Assembly (NCBI GenBank): GCA_965222075.1
Contig: OZ244937.1
Span: forward strand, 4,352,001 to 4,416,000
DNA from: Candidatus Latescibacterota bacterium
Lineage (GTDB): Bacteria; Latescibacterota; UBA2968; GCA-2709665
DNA length: 64,000 bases
Direction of reading: 5' to 3'
This document shows positions 1 to 9,864 of the stretch, in pieces. The first letter of the stretch is position 1; the number at the start of each line of letters is the position of its first letter. The notes under the pieces were generated by a model. The model ran no database searches, was not told where the DNA came from, and saw nothing but the letters and a program-made list of their open reading frames with translations. Made by a program: the position numbers and the translations under genes.

Positions 1-1143
1 AAGGCAAGGAGAGAAGGACGTTTGAATCGGGAGGTTCGCGTTGGTATTCCGGCATATCACGAAACGCTTCCGATTCCGACAAAAGCGCTACCGCGGGATT
101 TCGATCACGGGGGTACGGTGGTGACCTTCTTTACGATTGAGAGGTGCTTTGCCCATCCTCTGGACGATCCTTCCTGTACCGAGATCAATGCGGGGCTGGC
201 CGCGCTTTTGAAGGACTGGACGGAGAATCCCGACTGCCTGTTCAAGGGCGATATGTCCATCGGTGAATATTATAACGTTTCAAGCTTTGTCTCGCTTGCG
301 ATTCCCTTTTCTAAGACGATGGCGGTGGATATCCCGTTTTATTATCACACGGGCGCGCGGCATATGAACTATATGCACGTGCCGACGGCCGACTGGGGGA
401 CGCTTTCTCTGACGAATACGCAGTTCGCCGCTCAGTTGTGGGATCACGGGCTGGACTGTCAGGCATTTGTTGAAGATTATCTGAATTTCCGGTATAAAAG
501 CCAGGCGGAAGAGATGGGACGGTTCTACGATATTCTGGAACAGGCAATGTTGAACTGCAAGCCTTTGAAACACTATGCCGGGCTTGAGAAGCCGAGGCAC
601 TGTTTGTTTCAGATCCTGAGAGAGAAGGGGAGTTCCGAATCTCCACTGACGATTTTTACCAGCGAACACCTGCCCTATGCGCCCTCGTACAGGCTTAAGA
701 ACGACGGGCCTTCGCTCTTGGAGACGGTCCAGAAACTGGATGAGGCCGAGCGGATTCTCGATCAGGTGTTCTTAGACGCAACGGACCCCACGGTGGCTCA
801 CCGGCTCGCCGACGATGTCCGGAGGTTCCGGTACACCCGGCATATCGTCCGGTTTCTTTACCGGTTGATCCGGGTTCGACTTTTTGAGAATCAGGACGAT
901 GCGGTTCGCGCCAAGCTGGAGGCCCGGGCGCTGCGGGATATTGGAGAGACGCTGCGCCGGGAGGATCTGGTGATGCGGTTCCAGCAGGGGGACCACCCGC
1001 ACAACCGGTACGAGAACGGGTTGACGGCGACCTGGTTTGCCAGGGCATATGCACAGGTGATGGCGGCTTACGGGCTGGAGACACCGGATACGCCGGGGGG
1101 AGAACTGGCAGGGGAGAAGGGACGGGATGTGTATAATCCTTAG
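1..1143 (+). CDS. DUF4838-like putative glycoside hydrolase, 5'-partial
   Basis: Frame is open from base 1. RCFAHPLDDPSC, GEYYN and MAVDIPFYY segments resemble the C-terminal half of DUF4838 proteins. It leads into a sugar operon. Confidence 0.55.
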   Translation, partial: KARREGRLNREVRVGIPAYHETLPIPTKALPRDFDHGGTVVTFFTIERCFAHPLDDPSCTEINAGLAALLKDWTENPDCLFKGDMSIGEYYNVSSFVSLAIPFSKTMAVDIPFYYHTGARHMNYMHVPTADWGTLSLTNTQFAAQLWDHGLDCQAFVEDYLNFRYKSQAEEMGRFYDILEQAMLNCKPLKHYAGLEKPRHCLFQILREKGSSESPLTIFTSEHLPYAPSYRLKNDGPSLLETVQKLDEAERILDQVFLDATDPTVAHRLADDVRRFRYTRHIVRFLYRLIRVRLFENQDDAVRAKLEARALRDIGETLRREDLVMRFQQGDHPHNRYENGLTATWFARAYAQVMAAYGLETPDTPGGELAGEKGRDVYNP

Positions 1144-1160
1144 GGAGGGTTACAAAGGAG

Positions 1161-2117
1161 ATGGATATGAGACTGATGGATCAGCTGAACTGGAAGGATG
1201 TGACGTCGGAGAATCTGAATTTTTACAGGGCCGTGGGGGTGGAGTGTTTGATTGTTCACCTGCCGGTGGAGATGGCCGATGGGAAGGACCATACGGAGGA
1301 TTTTCAGCGGTTGAAGCAGTTTGTGGCGGACCACGGGCTGGAGCTGGCGGTGCTGCATTCCCATTATGTTCCCCGGGACAAGATCGTGATGGGGCTGCCA
1401 GGGCGGGACGAGCAGATCGAGGTGTGGAAGCAGGTGCTGCGGGCGATTGGGGGGGCGGGGGTTTCGAGGACGGCGACGACGTTTTACGCGATCAGCCATT
1501 TTCGGTCGGTCGCGACGACCGGCCGGGGTGGGGCCACGTACAGTACGTTCGATTACGAGGCGCTGATGAAAGATCCGCCCTACGTTCCGGACAAGGTGAT
1601 CGGCGCGGAAGCGCTGTTTGAGCATATCGGGTATTTTCTGAAGCGCGTGGTTCCCGTAGCGGAAGAGGCCGGGGTGCGGATTGCGCTGCATCCGGACGAT
1701 CCGCCGATTCCGGACCCGCTGGGAGGCGCGGCCCGGATTGTGGGGAGCCTGGACAATTACGAGCGGATTTTTGGGATGGTGCCCAGCCGGTCCAACGGGA
1801 TGCTGTTCTGCCAGGGGTGCGTGGCCGAGATGGGGGAGGATGTGATCAAGGCGATCCACAGGATCGGGTCGCAGGATAAGATCGTGTTCGTGCATTTCCG
1901 GGATATCCGGGGGATGCCCTACAAGTTCCAGGAGGTGTTTATCGACGAGGGGGACAACGATATGCTGCGGGCGATGGAGGCCTATAAGGCGGTGGGCTAC
2001 GACGGGCCGATTATGCTGGACCACACCCCCGGCATCCCGGCCGATCCGACGGGCAGGGCGGGGCATGCGTATGCGAACGGGTATATTAAGGCGCTGATTC
2101 AGGCGGTATATCGGTAA
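1161..2117 (+). CDS. uxuA: Mannonate dehydratase (UxuA) family protein
   Basis: GRDEQIE, RGGA, ALHPDDPP, FCQG, VHFRDI, FIDEGDND and DHTP motifs. GGAG RBS upstream. Confidence 0.8.
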   Translation: MDMRLMDQLNWKDVTSENLNFYRAVGVECLIVHLPVEMADGKDHTEDFQRLKQFVADHGLELAVLHSHYVPRDKIVMGLPGRDEQIEVWKQVLRAIGGAGVSRTATTFYAISHFRSVATTGRGGATYSTFDYEALMKDPPYVPDKVIGAEALFEHIGYFLKRVVPVAEEAGVRIALHPDDPPIPDPLGGAARIVGSLDNYERIFGMVPSRSNGMLFCQGCVAEMGEDVIKAIHRIGSQDKIVFVHFRDIRGMPYKFQEVFIDEGDNDMLRAMEAYKAVGYDGPIMLDHTPGIPADPTGRAGHAYANGYIKALIQAVYR

Positions 2118-2130
2118 AAGGACAGGAGGG

Positions 2131-3381
2131 ATGAACATAAGCAAGCTTGCATTACACGGCGGGGAGCCGGTTCGCACGGCGCCGCCTCCGGAGTGGCCGG
2201 TTTACGATGAGCGGGAGGCGGAAGCGGCCGCCCGGGTGGCCCAAAGCGGGAAGTGGCAGTACGGGGTGGGGACGGAGGGGACCAGGCTGGAAGCGGAGTT
2301 TGCCGATTGGATTGGGGCGGCGCACGCGATCGGGACGATTAACGGTACGGAGACGATGACGATTGCGCTGAAGGCGGCGGGGGTGGGGCCGGGGGACGAG
2401 GTAATCATGCCCACGACGACGTTCGTGGCCTGCCCGCTGTCGGTGCTGCTGGCGGGAGCAGTGCCGGTGCCGGTGGATATCGATCCGGCGAATCTGTCGA
2501 TGCATCCTCAGGCGACGGAGGCGGCGATTACCGAGCGGACACGGGCGCTGATGCCGGTGCACTTAGCAGGTATTCCGGCCGATATGGACGCGATGATGGC
2601 GCTCGCGCAGCAGCACAACCTGATGGTGCTGGAGGATACGGCGCAGGCACAGGGAGCGGAGTGGAAGGGGAAGAAGGTGGGGACGATCGGGCATGCGGGG
2701 TCGTTCAGTTTTCACACGGCCAAGACGATGGTGTCGGGCGACGGGGGGATGATTACGACGGACGATGCGGCGCTGGCCGATCTGTGCCGGTCCTACCGGC
2801 AGTTTGGAAGCCCCCAGGCCGGGGCGGCGCATGCGTACACGGTGACGGGCGGAAATTACCGGATGAGCGAGTTCGTAGCGGCGGTGCTGAGGGTGCAGTT
2901 GTCGCGGGTGGATGAGCTAATCGACCGGCGGATTGAGAACGCGGCGCATCTGACAGCACGGCTGGGCGATGTGCCGGGGCTGCATCCGTATGCGCTGGAC
3001 GAACGGATTACGCGGTGCAGTTATCTGAGCTACAGCATGAACTACACTGCTGCGGAACTGGCGGGGGTGCACCGGGATGTGTTTTTAAAGGCGCTGAGGG
3101 CCGAGGGGATTTCCGTTCGGACGGGGTATACGACGCTGGTGCACGAGATGGCACTGTGCAACGGGGAGAATTTGCGCGAGGAGGATCTGCAGCGGTTTAC
3201 AGGGCGAAATATTGAAGCAGCGAAGGAGGGGCGTTTTCCCCATGCCGAACACGCGCGTGCGAATACGACGATGTGGATGGTGCAGAACTGGCTGCTGGGA
3301 GATCGGGAGGTGGTGGACGATGTGGTGCGGGCGGTGTATAAGGTGGTGGAGAATATCGGAGCGCTGTTGGGGGAAGCGTGA
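2131..3381 (+). CDS. DegT/DnrJ/EryC1/StrS family PLP aminotransferase
   Basis: LALHGGEPVR, GPGDEVI, EDTAQAQG, FSFHTAK (PLP lysine) and GGNYRMSE. AGGAGG RBS. Confidence 0.9.
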   Translation: MNISKLALHGGEPVRTAPPPEWPVYDEREAEAAARVAQSGKWQYGVGTEGTRLEAEFADWIGAAHAIGTINGTETMTIALKAAGVGPGDEVIMPTTTFVACPLSVLLAGAVPVPVDIDPANLSMHPQATEAAITERTRALMPVHLAGIPADMDAMMALAQQHNLMVLEDTAQAQGAEWKGKKVGTIGHAGSFSFHTAKTMVSGDGGMITTDDAALADLCRSYRQFGSPQAGAAHAYTVTGGNYRMSEFVAAVLRVQLSRVDELIDRRIENAAHLTARLGDVPGLHPYALDERITRCSYLSYSMNYTAAELAGVHRDVFLKALRAEGISVRTGYTTLVHEMALCNGENLREEDLQRFTGRNIEAAKEGRFPHAEHARANTTMWMVQNWLLGDREVVDDVVRAVYKVVENIGALLGEA

Positions 3382-3431
3382 GGCGACAGCAGGGGCGGGG
3401 GTTTCCCGCCCTTTGTGATAAGGAGAGAACA

Positions 3432-5426
3432 GTGGCCGAAATTCCAGGAGACGAACGCGAAATCCAGGATGCGGATGTTCTCAATGCCCTGGACCTGACA
3501 CGGCGGGATCTGGGGGGGGTGCGTCGGACGCTGGACGCAGGCGATCTGGCTTCTGCTAAAGGAGCGCTGGTGGAGCACTTCCGCGTTCGGCAGCGGCCCC
3601 GGTGGTTTTTCGATGCGCGAACCGGGAGGCGAAAAGATGTGCCGTCTTCGTGGAGTGGGCCGGATGCGGCGGCGGTGCGGCGTGCGGACCATGTGCTGAA
3701 GAACCGGTTCCATCTGACCGGGGACAAGCTGTGGGACTTCGGGAAGGATCTGAAGTGGTATATCAAAGAGATGCGGGGGCTGGCCTCACCACCGTCGATT
3801 TTCAAGCGGTGCAACTGGATGCGGGACCTGGCCACGGCCTATGCCCGGACCGGGCGTTCGGTGTACGCGGCCAAGTTCGCGGCGTTGGTGGACCGCTGGC
3901 TTTTGGACTGGCCGCTGGTGGTGGACCGGGATTTCGGGCCCAGGAAAGCGATCTTTTCCAGGCCAGATGGGCATAAGGCGATGCCTACGGCCTTCCGGGT
4001 AGTTTCCTGGCTGGACTGTCTGTACGGGGGGATTGTTTTCGCACCCGAGGTCTCGGTGGAAACGGCGTTCGGGCTGATCCGATCGATCTGGTTTACGGCC
4101 TTGCAGTACCGGCGTTACGAGACGAGCCCGTACGTGTCGGCGAACCACCACCTGTGGGAGCGGGGAACAGCGCCGTTTGTGTTTGGGATGATGCTGCCCG
4201 AGTTTCCCGAGGTGGTCAAGCTGGTTGAGCAGGGGCGACCGGTGATCGCAAAGCATGTGAAGCACAGTTTTCTGTCGGATGGAGGCTACGAGGAGCGGTC
4301 CACGGGGTACACGATTGCTTCTTTCAGCATGTTTACCAGGCCGCTGAAACTGGCCACACTGAACCGGGTTTCCCTGTTGAATGCAGAGGAAAAGGCCCGG
4401 CTGAAGCGGTGTGCGGAAAATATGGCGCTGATCACGCTGCCCACGGGAGCGCCGCCCGATATCGGCGACGGCAGGCCGGTGGTGTCGTCCAACGCCCGTT
4501 CGATGGGGATTTCCGAGGGGCTGTTTAAAAGCCGGGTGGCTGCGGATGTGGTGAACCGGCTTGGTTTGAAGCGGTACGTGGACCCCGAAGACCGCGAGGC
4601 GCTAAAGGGGGTGAAACCGCAGAAGCTGCCGCTGGTGGTGCACCAACCGGCGTCGGGCTATTTTGTGGCGCGGGATGCGTGGACGCCCCGGGCATCCGGG
4701 ATGGCGCTGTCAACGCCGGGGCCGGGATTGCCGAATCACGCGCACGACGATGCGCTGTCGCTACAGCTTGTGGTGCGCGGAGAGGAGATGGTGGGGACGC
4801 CGATGACGGAGCTGTACTCTTATCTGAATAAGGAGGAGATTCGTAAGAAGCCGATTCGAGGGCATTTTTACGCGATGACGTCGCACAACGTGGTGCTGGT
4901 GGGGGGAGAACCTGCCCGGTCGATAGCGGAGCTGACGGAGAGATGGGGACCCGAGCCGACGCCGGTGAGGACAGAGGTCGAGGAGGACGACGGCGGGGTG
5001 CGGGTGATGAGTTCCCACAAGGGGTATGAAGACGTGAGGCTGTCGCGGCAGGTGAATTTCCAGTACCGCAAGGGGTGGACGGTCGTGGACCGGGTCAAGG
5101 GGGGCGAAGGAAAGCCGCACGTTGCCCGGTGGCATTTCGAGTACGGGGTGGAGGTGGAGGAGACGGAAGACGGGTTTGTAGCGACGCGGAGAAAGGTGCG
5201 TCTGGGCGTTTGTGTGAACGCCGACGGAAGGGTGAAGACGCGGCTTTATCGGGACAACCGGTGGCTGGGCAGGAATCCGTTGCGCCGGGGAGAGGTAGCG
5301 CCGTGGGTGCTGGATGTGGGGTTTGGAGGGACGGGGGATGATGCGCTCGAGACGCGGTTTGAGATTTTGAAGGGGAGCCGGAGGGGTATTGAGGCCCTCA
5401 TCATTGGTGTACGTTTGGTTCTCTGA
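3432..5426 (+). CDS. Heparinase II/III family polysaccharide lyase
   Basis: NHHLWE, DGGYEERSTGY, PDIGD, NHAHDDALS and SHNVVLV motifs. GTG start at 3432 after AAGGAG (ORF track starts at 3378). The 3' end overlaps the convergent TrmH gene by 26 bp. Confidence 0.85.
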   Translation: MAEIPGDEREIQDADVLNALDLTRRDLGGVRRTLDAGDLASAKGALVEHFRVRQRPRWFFDARTGRRKDVPSSWSGPDAAAVRRADHVLKNRFHLTGDKLWDFGKDLKWYIKEMRGLASPPSIFKRCNWMRDLATAYARTGRSVYAAKFAALVDRWLLDWPLVVDRDFGPRKAIFSRPDGHKAMPTAFRVVSWLDCLYGGIVFAPEVSVETAFGLIRSIWFTALQYRRYETSPYVSANHHLWERGTAPFVFGMMLPEFPEVVKLVEQGRPVIAKHVKHSFLSDGGYEERSTGYTIASFSMFTRPLKLATLNRVSLLNAEEKARLKRCAENMALITLPTGAPPDIGDGRPVVSSNARSMGISEGLFKSRVAADVVNRLGLKRYVDPEDREALKGVKPQKLPLVVHQPASGYFVARDAWTPRASGMALSTPGPGLPNHAHDDALSLQLVVRGEEMVGTPMTELYSYLNKEEIRKKPIRGHFYAMTSHNVVLVGGEPARSIAELTERWGPEPTPVRTEVEEDDGGVRVMSSHKGYEDVRLSRQVNFQYRKGWTVVDRVKGGEGKPHVARWHFEYGVEVEETEDGFVATRRKVRLGVCVNADGRVKTRLYRDNRWLGRNPLRRGEVAPWVLDVGFGGTGDDALETRFEILKGSRRGIEALIIGVRLVL

Positions 5427-6183
5427 ATCTGAACAGGAGGATGCCCGCGGCGATGGCGACGTTGAGGGAGTTGACGCCACCGGCCATGGGGATGGTGAGG
5501 GTGCTGTCTACCAGGGTGCTGAGGGTGGGGTCGACGCCGAAGGTTTCGTTGCCAAGGAGGAGGGCGAAGCGGTCCGGGCGGCCGACTTCGTAGAAAGGGG
5601 CGCCTTCGAGGTGCGCGGAAAGGACCCTGACGCTGCGGGCGTGGAGGTGCTGAATGAGGGAGGAGAGGTCTGTGTTGCGGAAGACAGGCAGGCGAAAGAT
5701 GGCGCCCCGGGAGGCGCGGACGACCTTGGGGTTGTAGAGTTCGACAGAGCCTTTGGAGAGGAACAGGGCGCCCACGCCGGCGGCTTCGGCGGTGCGCTGG
5801 ATGAGGCCCAGGTTGCCGGGGTCGCGGATGCGGTCGAGGAGGAGGCAGGCGGAGACATCATCCAGGATGCGGTTTCGGTCCCAGGTGGGCATGCGCACAA
5901 CGCCCAGGACGCCTTCGGGCTGCCGGGTCTCGCCCATGTGCTTGAGGGCGCGGCGGTCGGTCTGCTGGATAAAGATGCTGCGCTCTGCTGCTGCCTGGAA
6001 GATCTGCTTCAGGCGGTCGTCAGTTTTCAGGGCCTCCCGGTCGAAGACGATCTGCTCCACCGGGGCGCCGGAGAAGAGGGCCTCCTGGGTGAGGCGAATG
6101 CCTTCGACCAAGAATTTTTGCTCGGCCTCCCGTGCCTTGCGGTGTTTGAGGGCGGTGATTTTTCGGGCGTTTTTGACGGGCAT
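5401..6183 (-). CDS. TrmH/SpoU family RNA 2'-O-methyltransferase
   Basis: FLVEG, DPGNLGLIQRTA, LGNETFG and IPMAGGVNSLNVA SPOUT motifs. Confidence 0.92.
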   Translation of the reverse strand: MPVKNARKITALKHRKAREAEQKFLVEGIRLTQEALFSGAPVEQIVFDREALKTDDRLKQIFQAAAERSIFIQQTDRRALKHMGETRQPEGVLGVVRMPTWDRNRILDDVSACLLLDRIRDPGNLGLIQRTAEAAGVGALFLSKGSVELYNPKVVRASRGAIFRLPVFRNTDLSSLIQHLHARSVRVLSAHLEGAPFYEVGRPDRFALLLGNETFGVDPTLSTLVDSTLTIPMAGGVNSLNVAIAAGILLFRFREPNVHQ

Positions 6184-6222
6184 GAGAGAAGCAGTGTTCC
6201 AAGGGGCACGGTTGCCGTGCCC

Positions 6223-6387
6223 CTACTCGTCGGGCTGGTCGGTGGTTTCCCGGTGGGTAATGGATTCCTTCAGGGCATGGAGTTCGGTCCAGATGTCCCG
6301 CTCGCGGCGGGAGAGGCCGATGAAGTAGACGAGGACGGCCGCCCAGATGACGGTGTAGGCGGCGGCCAAGTATTCGAGGTATTGCAT
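6223..6387 (-). CDS. ccmD: Heme exporter protein CcmD
   Basis: 54 aa, MQYLEYLAAAYTVIWAAVLVYFIGLSRRER: one TM helix plus a charged tail, directly after ccmC. GGAGG RBS. Confidence 0.8.
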   Translation of the reverse strand: MQYLEYLAAAYTVIWAAVLVYFIGLSRRERDIWTELHALKESITHRETTDQPDE

Positions 6388-6404
6388 GGGGCCTCCAAAG
6401 TCGA

Positions 6405-7121
6405 TCAGAGGTTCGAGCGGCGACCGAGCAGGGTTTTTCGGTTCAGGATTTCGGCTTTCAGGGATTCGAGTTCGTGCCGGGCGAATTCGAGCGAGATGCG
6501 TTTGGCCAGAATGGCGGTGAAGAGCACCAAGAAGGTGGCTGTGCAAAAGAGGAAGACGGCCAGCATGTCGGGGGGCAGCCCGATCTTTTCGGCCCGGATG
6601 ACCTGGGGGTGGTGGGTGCGCCAGAGTTGGGTTGAGTAGTGGATGAGGGGGGCGTCCAAGAACCCGACGATGCCCAGGACGGCCCGGAATTTGGCGCTTT
6701 GCAGGGCGTCTTCGCTGTAGCTTTTGAGCATCATGTAGGCCACGAAGATCAGCCAGAGGACCAGGGTGAGGGTCAGCTGCGCATCCCAGACCCACCAGGT
6801 GCCCCAGATCGGTTTGGCCCACAGGGGCCCTGAGAGCAGGACCAGGGTGCAGAAGAGGAGGCCAACCTCGGCGGAGCAGGAGGCCCAGATGTCCCAGCGT
6901 TTGTCTTTGCGCCAGAGGTAGAGGATGCTGAAGAGGAAGACGAGAGTGAAGCCGGCATACATCGCAAAGGCCGAGGGTACGTGGAAGTACATAATTTTCT
7001 GGGCCAGGCCCATCTGTTTTTCCACGCTGGCGTAGACGAGGGCCATGTAGGGGGCGACGAGCATGCCGATAAGGGCCAGGACGCCCAGAGCCGAGGACCA
7101 GAGGTAGGGGCGTTTCTCCAT
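6405..7121 (-). CDS. ccmC: Heme exporter/chaperone CcmC
   Basis: YFHVPSA, the WWD motif WAKPIWGTWWVWD and RTHHP. Confidence 0.93.
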   Translation of the reverse strand: MEKRPYLWSSALGVLALIGMLVAPYMALVYASVEKQMGLAQKIMYFHVPSAFAMYAGFTLVFLFSILYLWRKDKRWDIWASCSAEVGLLFCTLVLLSGPLWAKPIWGTWWVWDAQLTLTLVLWLIFVAYMMLKSYSEDALQSAKFRAVLGIVGFLDAPLIHYSTQLWRTHHPQVIRAEKIGLPPDMLAVFLFCTATFLVLFTAILAKRISLEFARHELESLKAEILNRKTLLGRRSNL

Positions 7122-7127
7122 ATGTAC

Positions 7128-7808
7128 TTATTCCTCCACCACGTAGTCAAACAGGAGCAGACAGGCCGTGACGAAGAGGACCGCAAACGCAGCGCCGAGT
7201 TTGAGCCAGTTTGCGATTGCCGAGAGGGGCTCGCCCGCCAGCACGGCCCGAAAGGATTCGACGGCTGCGAGGAGGGCGGGGACGAGTATGGGGAGGGTGA
7301 GCATGGGCAGGAGCGCCTCTTTGAGCCGGGTGTTGATGGACATGGCGGCAAAGAGGGTACCCACGGCCGCGAATCCAACCGTGCCCAGGAAGAGCGGCAG
7401 CAGTAGCCGGGGCAGGTGCTCCCAGACGGCGATGTTGAGGAAGACGACGAGCAGGGGAAGGATCAGGGCCTCCACAACGGCCATGGTGAGCAGGTTGGCC
7501 AGGGCCTTGCCCAGGTAGATCGCCCCTCGGTCGGCCGGGGAGAGGAGCAGACCCATGAGACAGTCGTTTTCTCGCTCCATCGTAAAGGAGCGGGTGAGAC
7601 CGAGCAGCCCGGCGAAGATGACGGCGATCCAGAAGATGCCGGGGGCCGCGGACTGCATGGCGGCCGAGCCGGGCTTGAGGGCGAAGTTGAAGACAAGCAC
7701 CACCAGAAAGGCGAAGAAGCACATGGCAGACAGGCGCTCTTTGGTGCGGACTTCGGTCTTCAGGTCTTTCCAGAGAACGGCGGCGACTTGGTAGAGGAAG
7801 AGAGACAT
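7128..7808 (-). CDS. ccmB: Heme exporter permease CcmB
   Basis: WKDLKTEVR, ERENDCLMGLLLSP, IYLGK and LLPMLTLPILVP. Likely start is the ATG at 7808. Confidence 0.92.
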   Translation of the reverse strand: MSLFLYQVAAVLWKDLKTEVRTKERLSAMCFFAFLVVLVFNFALKPGSAAMQSAAPGIFWIAVIFAGLLGLTRSFTMERENDCLMGLLLSPADRGAIYLGKALANLLTMAVVEALILPLLVVFLNIAVWEHLPRLLLPLFLGTVGFAAVGTLFAAMSINTRLKEALLPMLTLPILVPALLAAVESFRAVLAGEPLSAIANWLKLGAAFAVLFVTACLLLFDYVVEE

Positions 7809-7875
7809 GGCGTTATAGATTGAGAAAATTTGTGAAATTCGGCTCTGTGGAAAACGCTTGGGATTGCGGATCACC

Positions 7876-7981
7876 CCCCGGACGATTGGCTAACGCCTGT
7901 CTGCGTGCAACGCACAGGCAGGCCTGCCTCCGGCGGGCTGGCGTCCGCCTCCGGCTCACCGGATCGTCTCCTCTCCCTGGA
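7876..7981 (+). repeat. Composite intergenic repeat, copy 1
   Basis: CCCCGGAC..TGGCTAACG-CCTGTCTG[hairpin]CACAGGCAGG-CCTG.CTCCGGCGGGCTGGCG.CCGCCTC.GGCTCACCGG.TCGT; matches 39803-39930. Confidence 0.85.
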
Positions 7982-8003
7982 GTAAAGGTTTTTCAATCCG
8001 CAA

Positions 8004-8726
8004 TTATTCTGGCCCCTGTATCGTCTGTTCGTAGAGCGTTTCCAGTTCCTCCGGCGACAGGTCGGCGGTGTTGCCCTGCGCCCCGATCCGGCCGTGGTTC
8101 AGGATCACGAACCGGTCGGACATGGCCGCTCCCTGCTGGAGGTCGTGGGTAACCAGGATGATGGTTCGGCCCTCCCGGCGCAGGTCCTGGAGCATCCGGC
8201 CGAGCATGGATCGCGCGGAGGTGTCCAGGCCGGTAAAGGGCTCGTCGAGCAGGAGGATGGCGGGGCGGTGGAGGGTGGACCGCGCAATGGCAAGGCGCTG
8301 TTTCATCCCCCGCGAGAATCCCCTGACCCGGTCGGTTTGACGGTCCCGAAGGCCGACGGCGTCTAAGGCTGCGTCGATGCGGTCGTTCAGATTTTTCAGG
8401 CCGTACATGCGACCGTAGAAGATGAGGTTTTCCCGTGCGGTCAGGTCCTCGTAGAGAAGGGTCTGATGGGAAATGAAGCCGATGCCCGACCGTGCCTTTT
8501 CCGGATCCTGGCGGGTGTCGATACCCCAAACGGTGATCCGGCCCCCGGTCGGTTTGCCCAGGGTTGCGACAAGCCGCAGGAGGGTGGTTTTGCCCGCCCC
8601 GTTGGGGCCGAAGAGGGCGAGCGAGGTTCCCTCCGGGACTTTCAGGTCGATGCTCTGAAGGGCGGTGAGGTGCCCAAAGCGTTTGGTGACCCCTTGCAGC
8701 GCAATAGCCGGTGCGGTTGCCTCCAC
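8004..8726 (-). CDS. ccmA: Heme ABC exporter ATP-binding protein CcmA
   Basis: Walker A GPNGAGKTT, signature FSRGMKQR, LLLDEPFTGLD. Located in the ccm operon. Confidence 0.9.
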   Translation of the reverse strand: MEATAPAIALQGVTKRFGHLTALQSIDLKVPEGTSLALFGPNGAGKTTLLRLVATLGKPTGGRITVWGIDTRQDPEKARSGIGFISHQTLLYEDLTARENLIFYGRMYGLKNLNDRIDAALDAVGLRDRQTDRVRGFSRGMKQRLAIARSTLHRPAILLLDEPFTGLDTSARSMLGRMLQDLRREGRTIILVTHDLQQGAAMSDRFVILNHGRIGAQGNTADLSPEELETLYEQTIQGPE

Positions 8727-8731
8727 GGCGG

Positions 8732-9859
8732 CTAAGCCCCTGTGCTGCCAAGGGCCCGGGTGAGGCGGACGATTTCCGCCTTGAGGGCGTTTCGGCGGGC
8801 CCGATAGTCGGCTTCCGAGAGTTCGCCGTCGGCAAAGCGGTCGTCCAAATCGGCGATCTGTTCCAGCATCGCAGTTCGGCGAACCTCCAGGCCCGTGCCG
8901 CCCTGCCCGGAGAGGTCAGTGGGGATTTCCGCCTTTTGCCGGGGACGGAAGAAGACGGCTAAGAGGGCGAAGGCGACCGCGAGCGCGCCGGTCCCCCATA
9001 TAAGCGTCTCCCGCGAGATCCATTCTTCCAAGAGGGCAGGCGATCCGATCTGAAGGACAATCCGGTCGCCCGGTTTCAGGGCGGTTGCGGAGAACCTCCG
9101 GAAATTTCGTCCGTCGGAAACCGAGGCCTCGCCCAGGTCCTGGAGGGAGGATTCGGAGATGGGGGTGTCGGACGGGGCGATCAGGATGTCCACGGAACCG
9201 GTGGGGTAGTGGACCTCCTGCACCAGGCGTTGAGCCAGCGGCATCGGGTGGACAAACATGAGCTGGCTTCCACCGGGCTGTACGGGACGGGGGTCAATCA
9301 GGATCGGGCCGTGGGTGTGCAGGTTCTGCGGCCCTCTGAGGATGTCGGTAACGCCCTCAGGCAGGGAGACTTCCAGGCCGTGGCCGTTTCCGGTGATGTA
9401 GGTGCGGTCCCCGCTGTTTTGCACGATGAGGATCTGGGAAACTTCACCCGCCGCCGCGTCAACGATCATGTGGTGCGAAGTGAGGGCGATGGCGGTGTCG
9501 GCACCGGTGGTTTCGTAGACGGAGATTTCGACCGACTCGCCGCTCCCACCGTCCACGGGATGGAGGTAATCCACGCTGGCATAGGCGGCCGAGAGGATGA
9601 GATGCTCATCCCCGGCAGGGAGAGGCGCGTCGAAGCGGAACCGCCCGTCTGCATCGGTGGTGTCTTGAGCGGTGACGGCGGTTTGGGCACCGTGCCGGAT
9701 GAGGGTGACGGGGCAGTCGGGTACGGGGCGCGACAGGGTGCGGTTGAAGACGCGGCCTGGAATAGATCCGGCAACGGCAGGGGACGAGAAGACGAGCGTG
9801 AGGGCGACTAAGGGAACGAGCGGACAGGAGGTTCGGAGGGGGGATCTGCGGGCGCGCAT
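8732..9859 (-). CDS. Ccm-associated membrane protein (signal peptide, carboxypeptidase-regulatory-like Ig fold, TM helix, CcmI-N-like tail)
   Basis: TTDADGRFRF beta-sandwich motif, TM helix, and C-terminal IADLDDRFADGELSEADY. Confidence 0.7.
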   Translation of the reverse strand: MRARRSPLRTSCPLVPLVALTLVFSSPAVAGSIPGRVFNRTLSRPVPDCPVTLIRHGAQTAVTAQDTTDADGRFRFDAPLPAGDEHLILSAAYASVDYLHPVDGGSGESVEISVYETTGADTAIALTSHHMIVDAAAGEVSQILIVQNSGDRTYITGNGHGLEVSLPEGVTDILRGPQNLHTHGPILIDPRPVQPGGSQLMFVHPMPLAQRLVQEVHYPTGSVDILIAPSDTPISESSLQDLGEASVSDGRNFRRFSATALKPGDRIVLQIGSPALLEEWISRETLIWGTGALAVAFALLAVFFRPRQKAEIPTDLSGQGGTGLEVRRTAMLEQIADLDDRFADGELSEADYRARRNALKAEIVRLTRALGSTGA

Positions 9860-9864
9860 GGACC

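Noticed and set aside
5389-6639. Long antisense or overlapping ORFs (e.g. 5389-6639+, 28069-29547+, 51858-53195-, 56120-57565-, 62481-63872-)
   Set aside because: They are shadow frames of well-supported genes in GC-rich DNA, with no motifs of their own.
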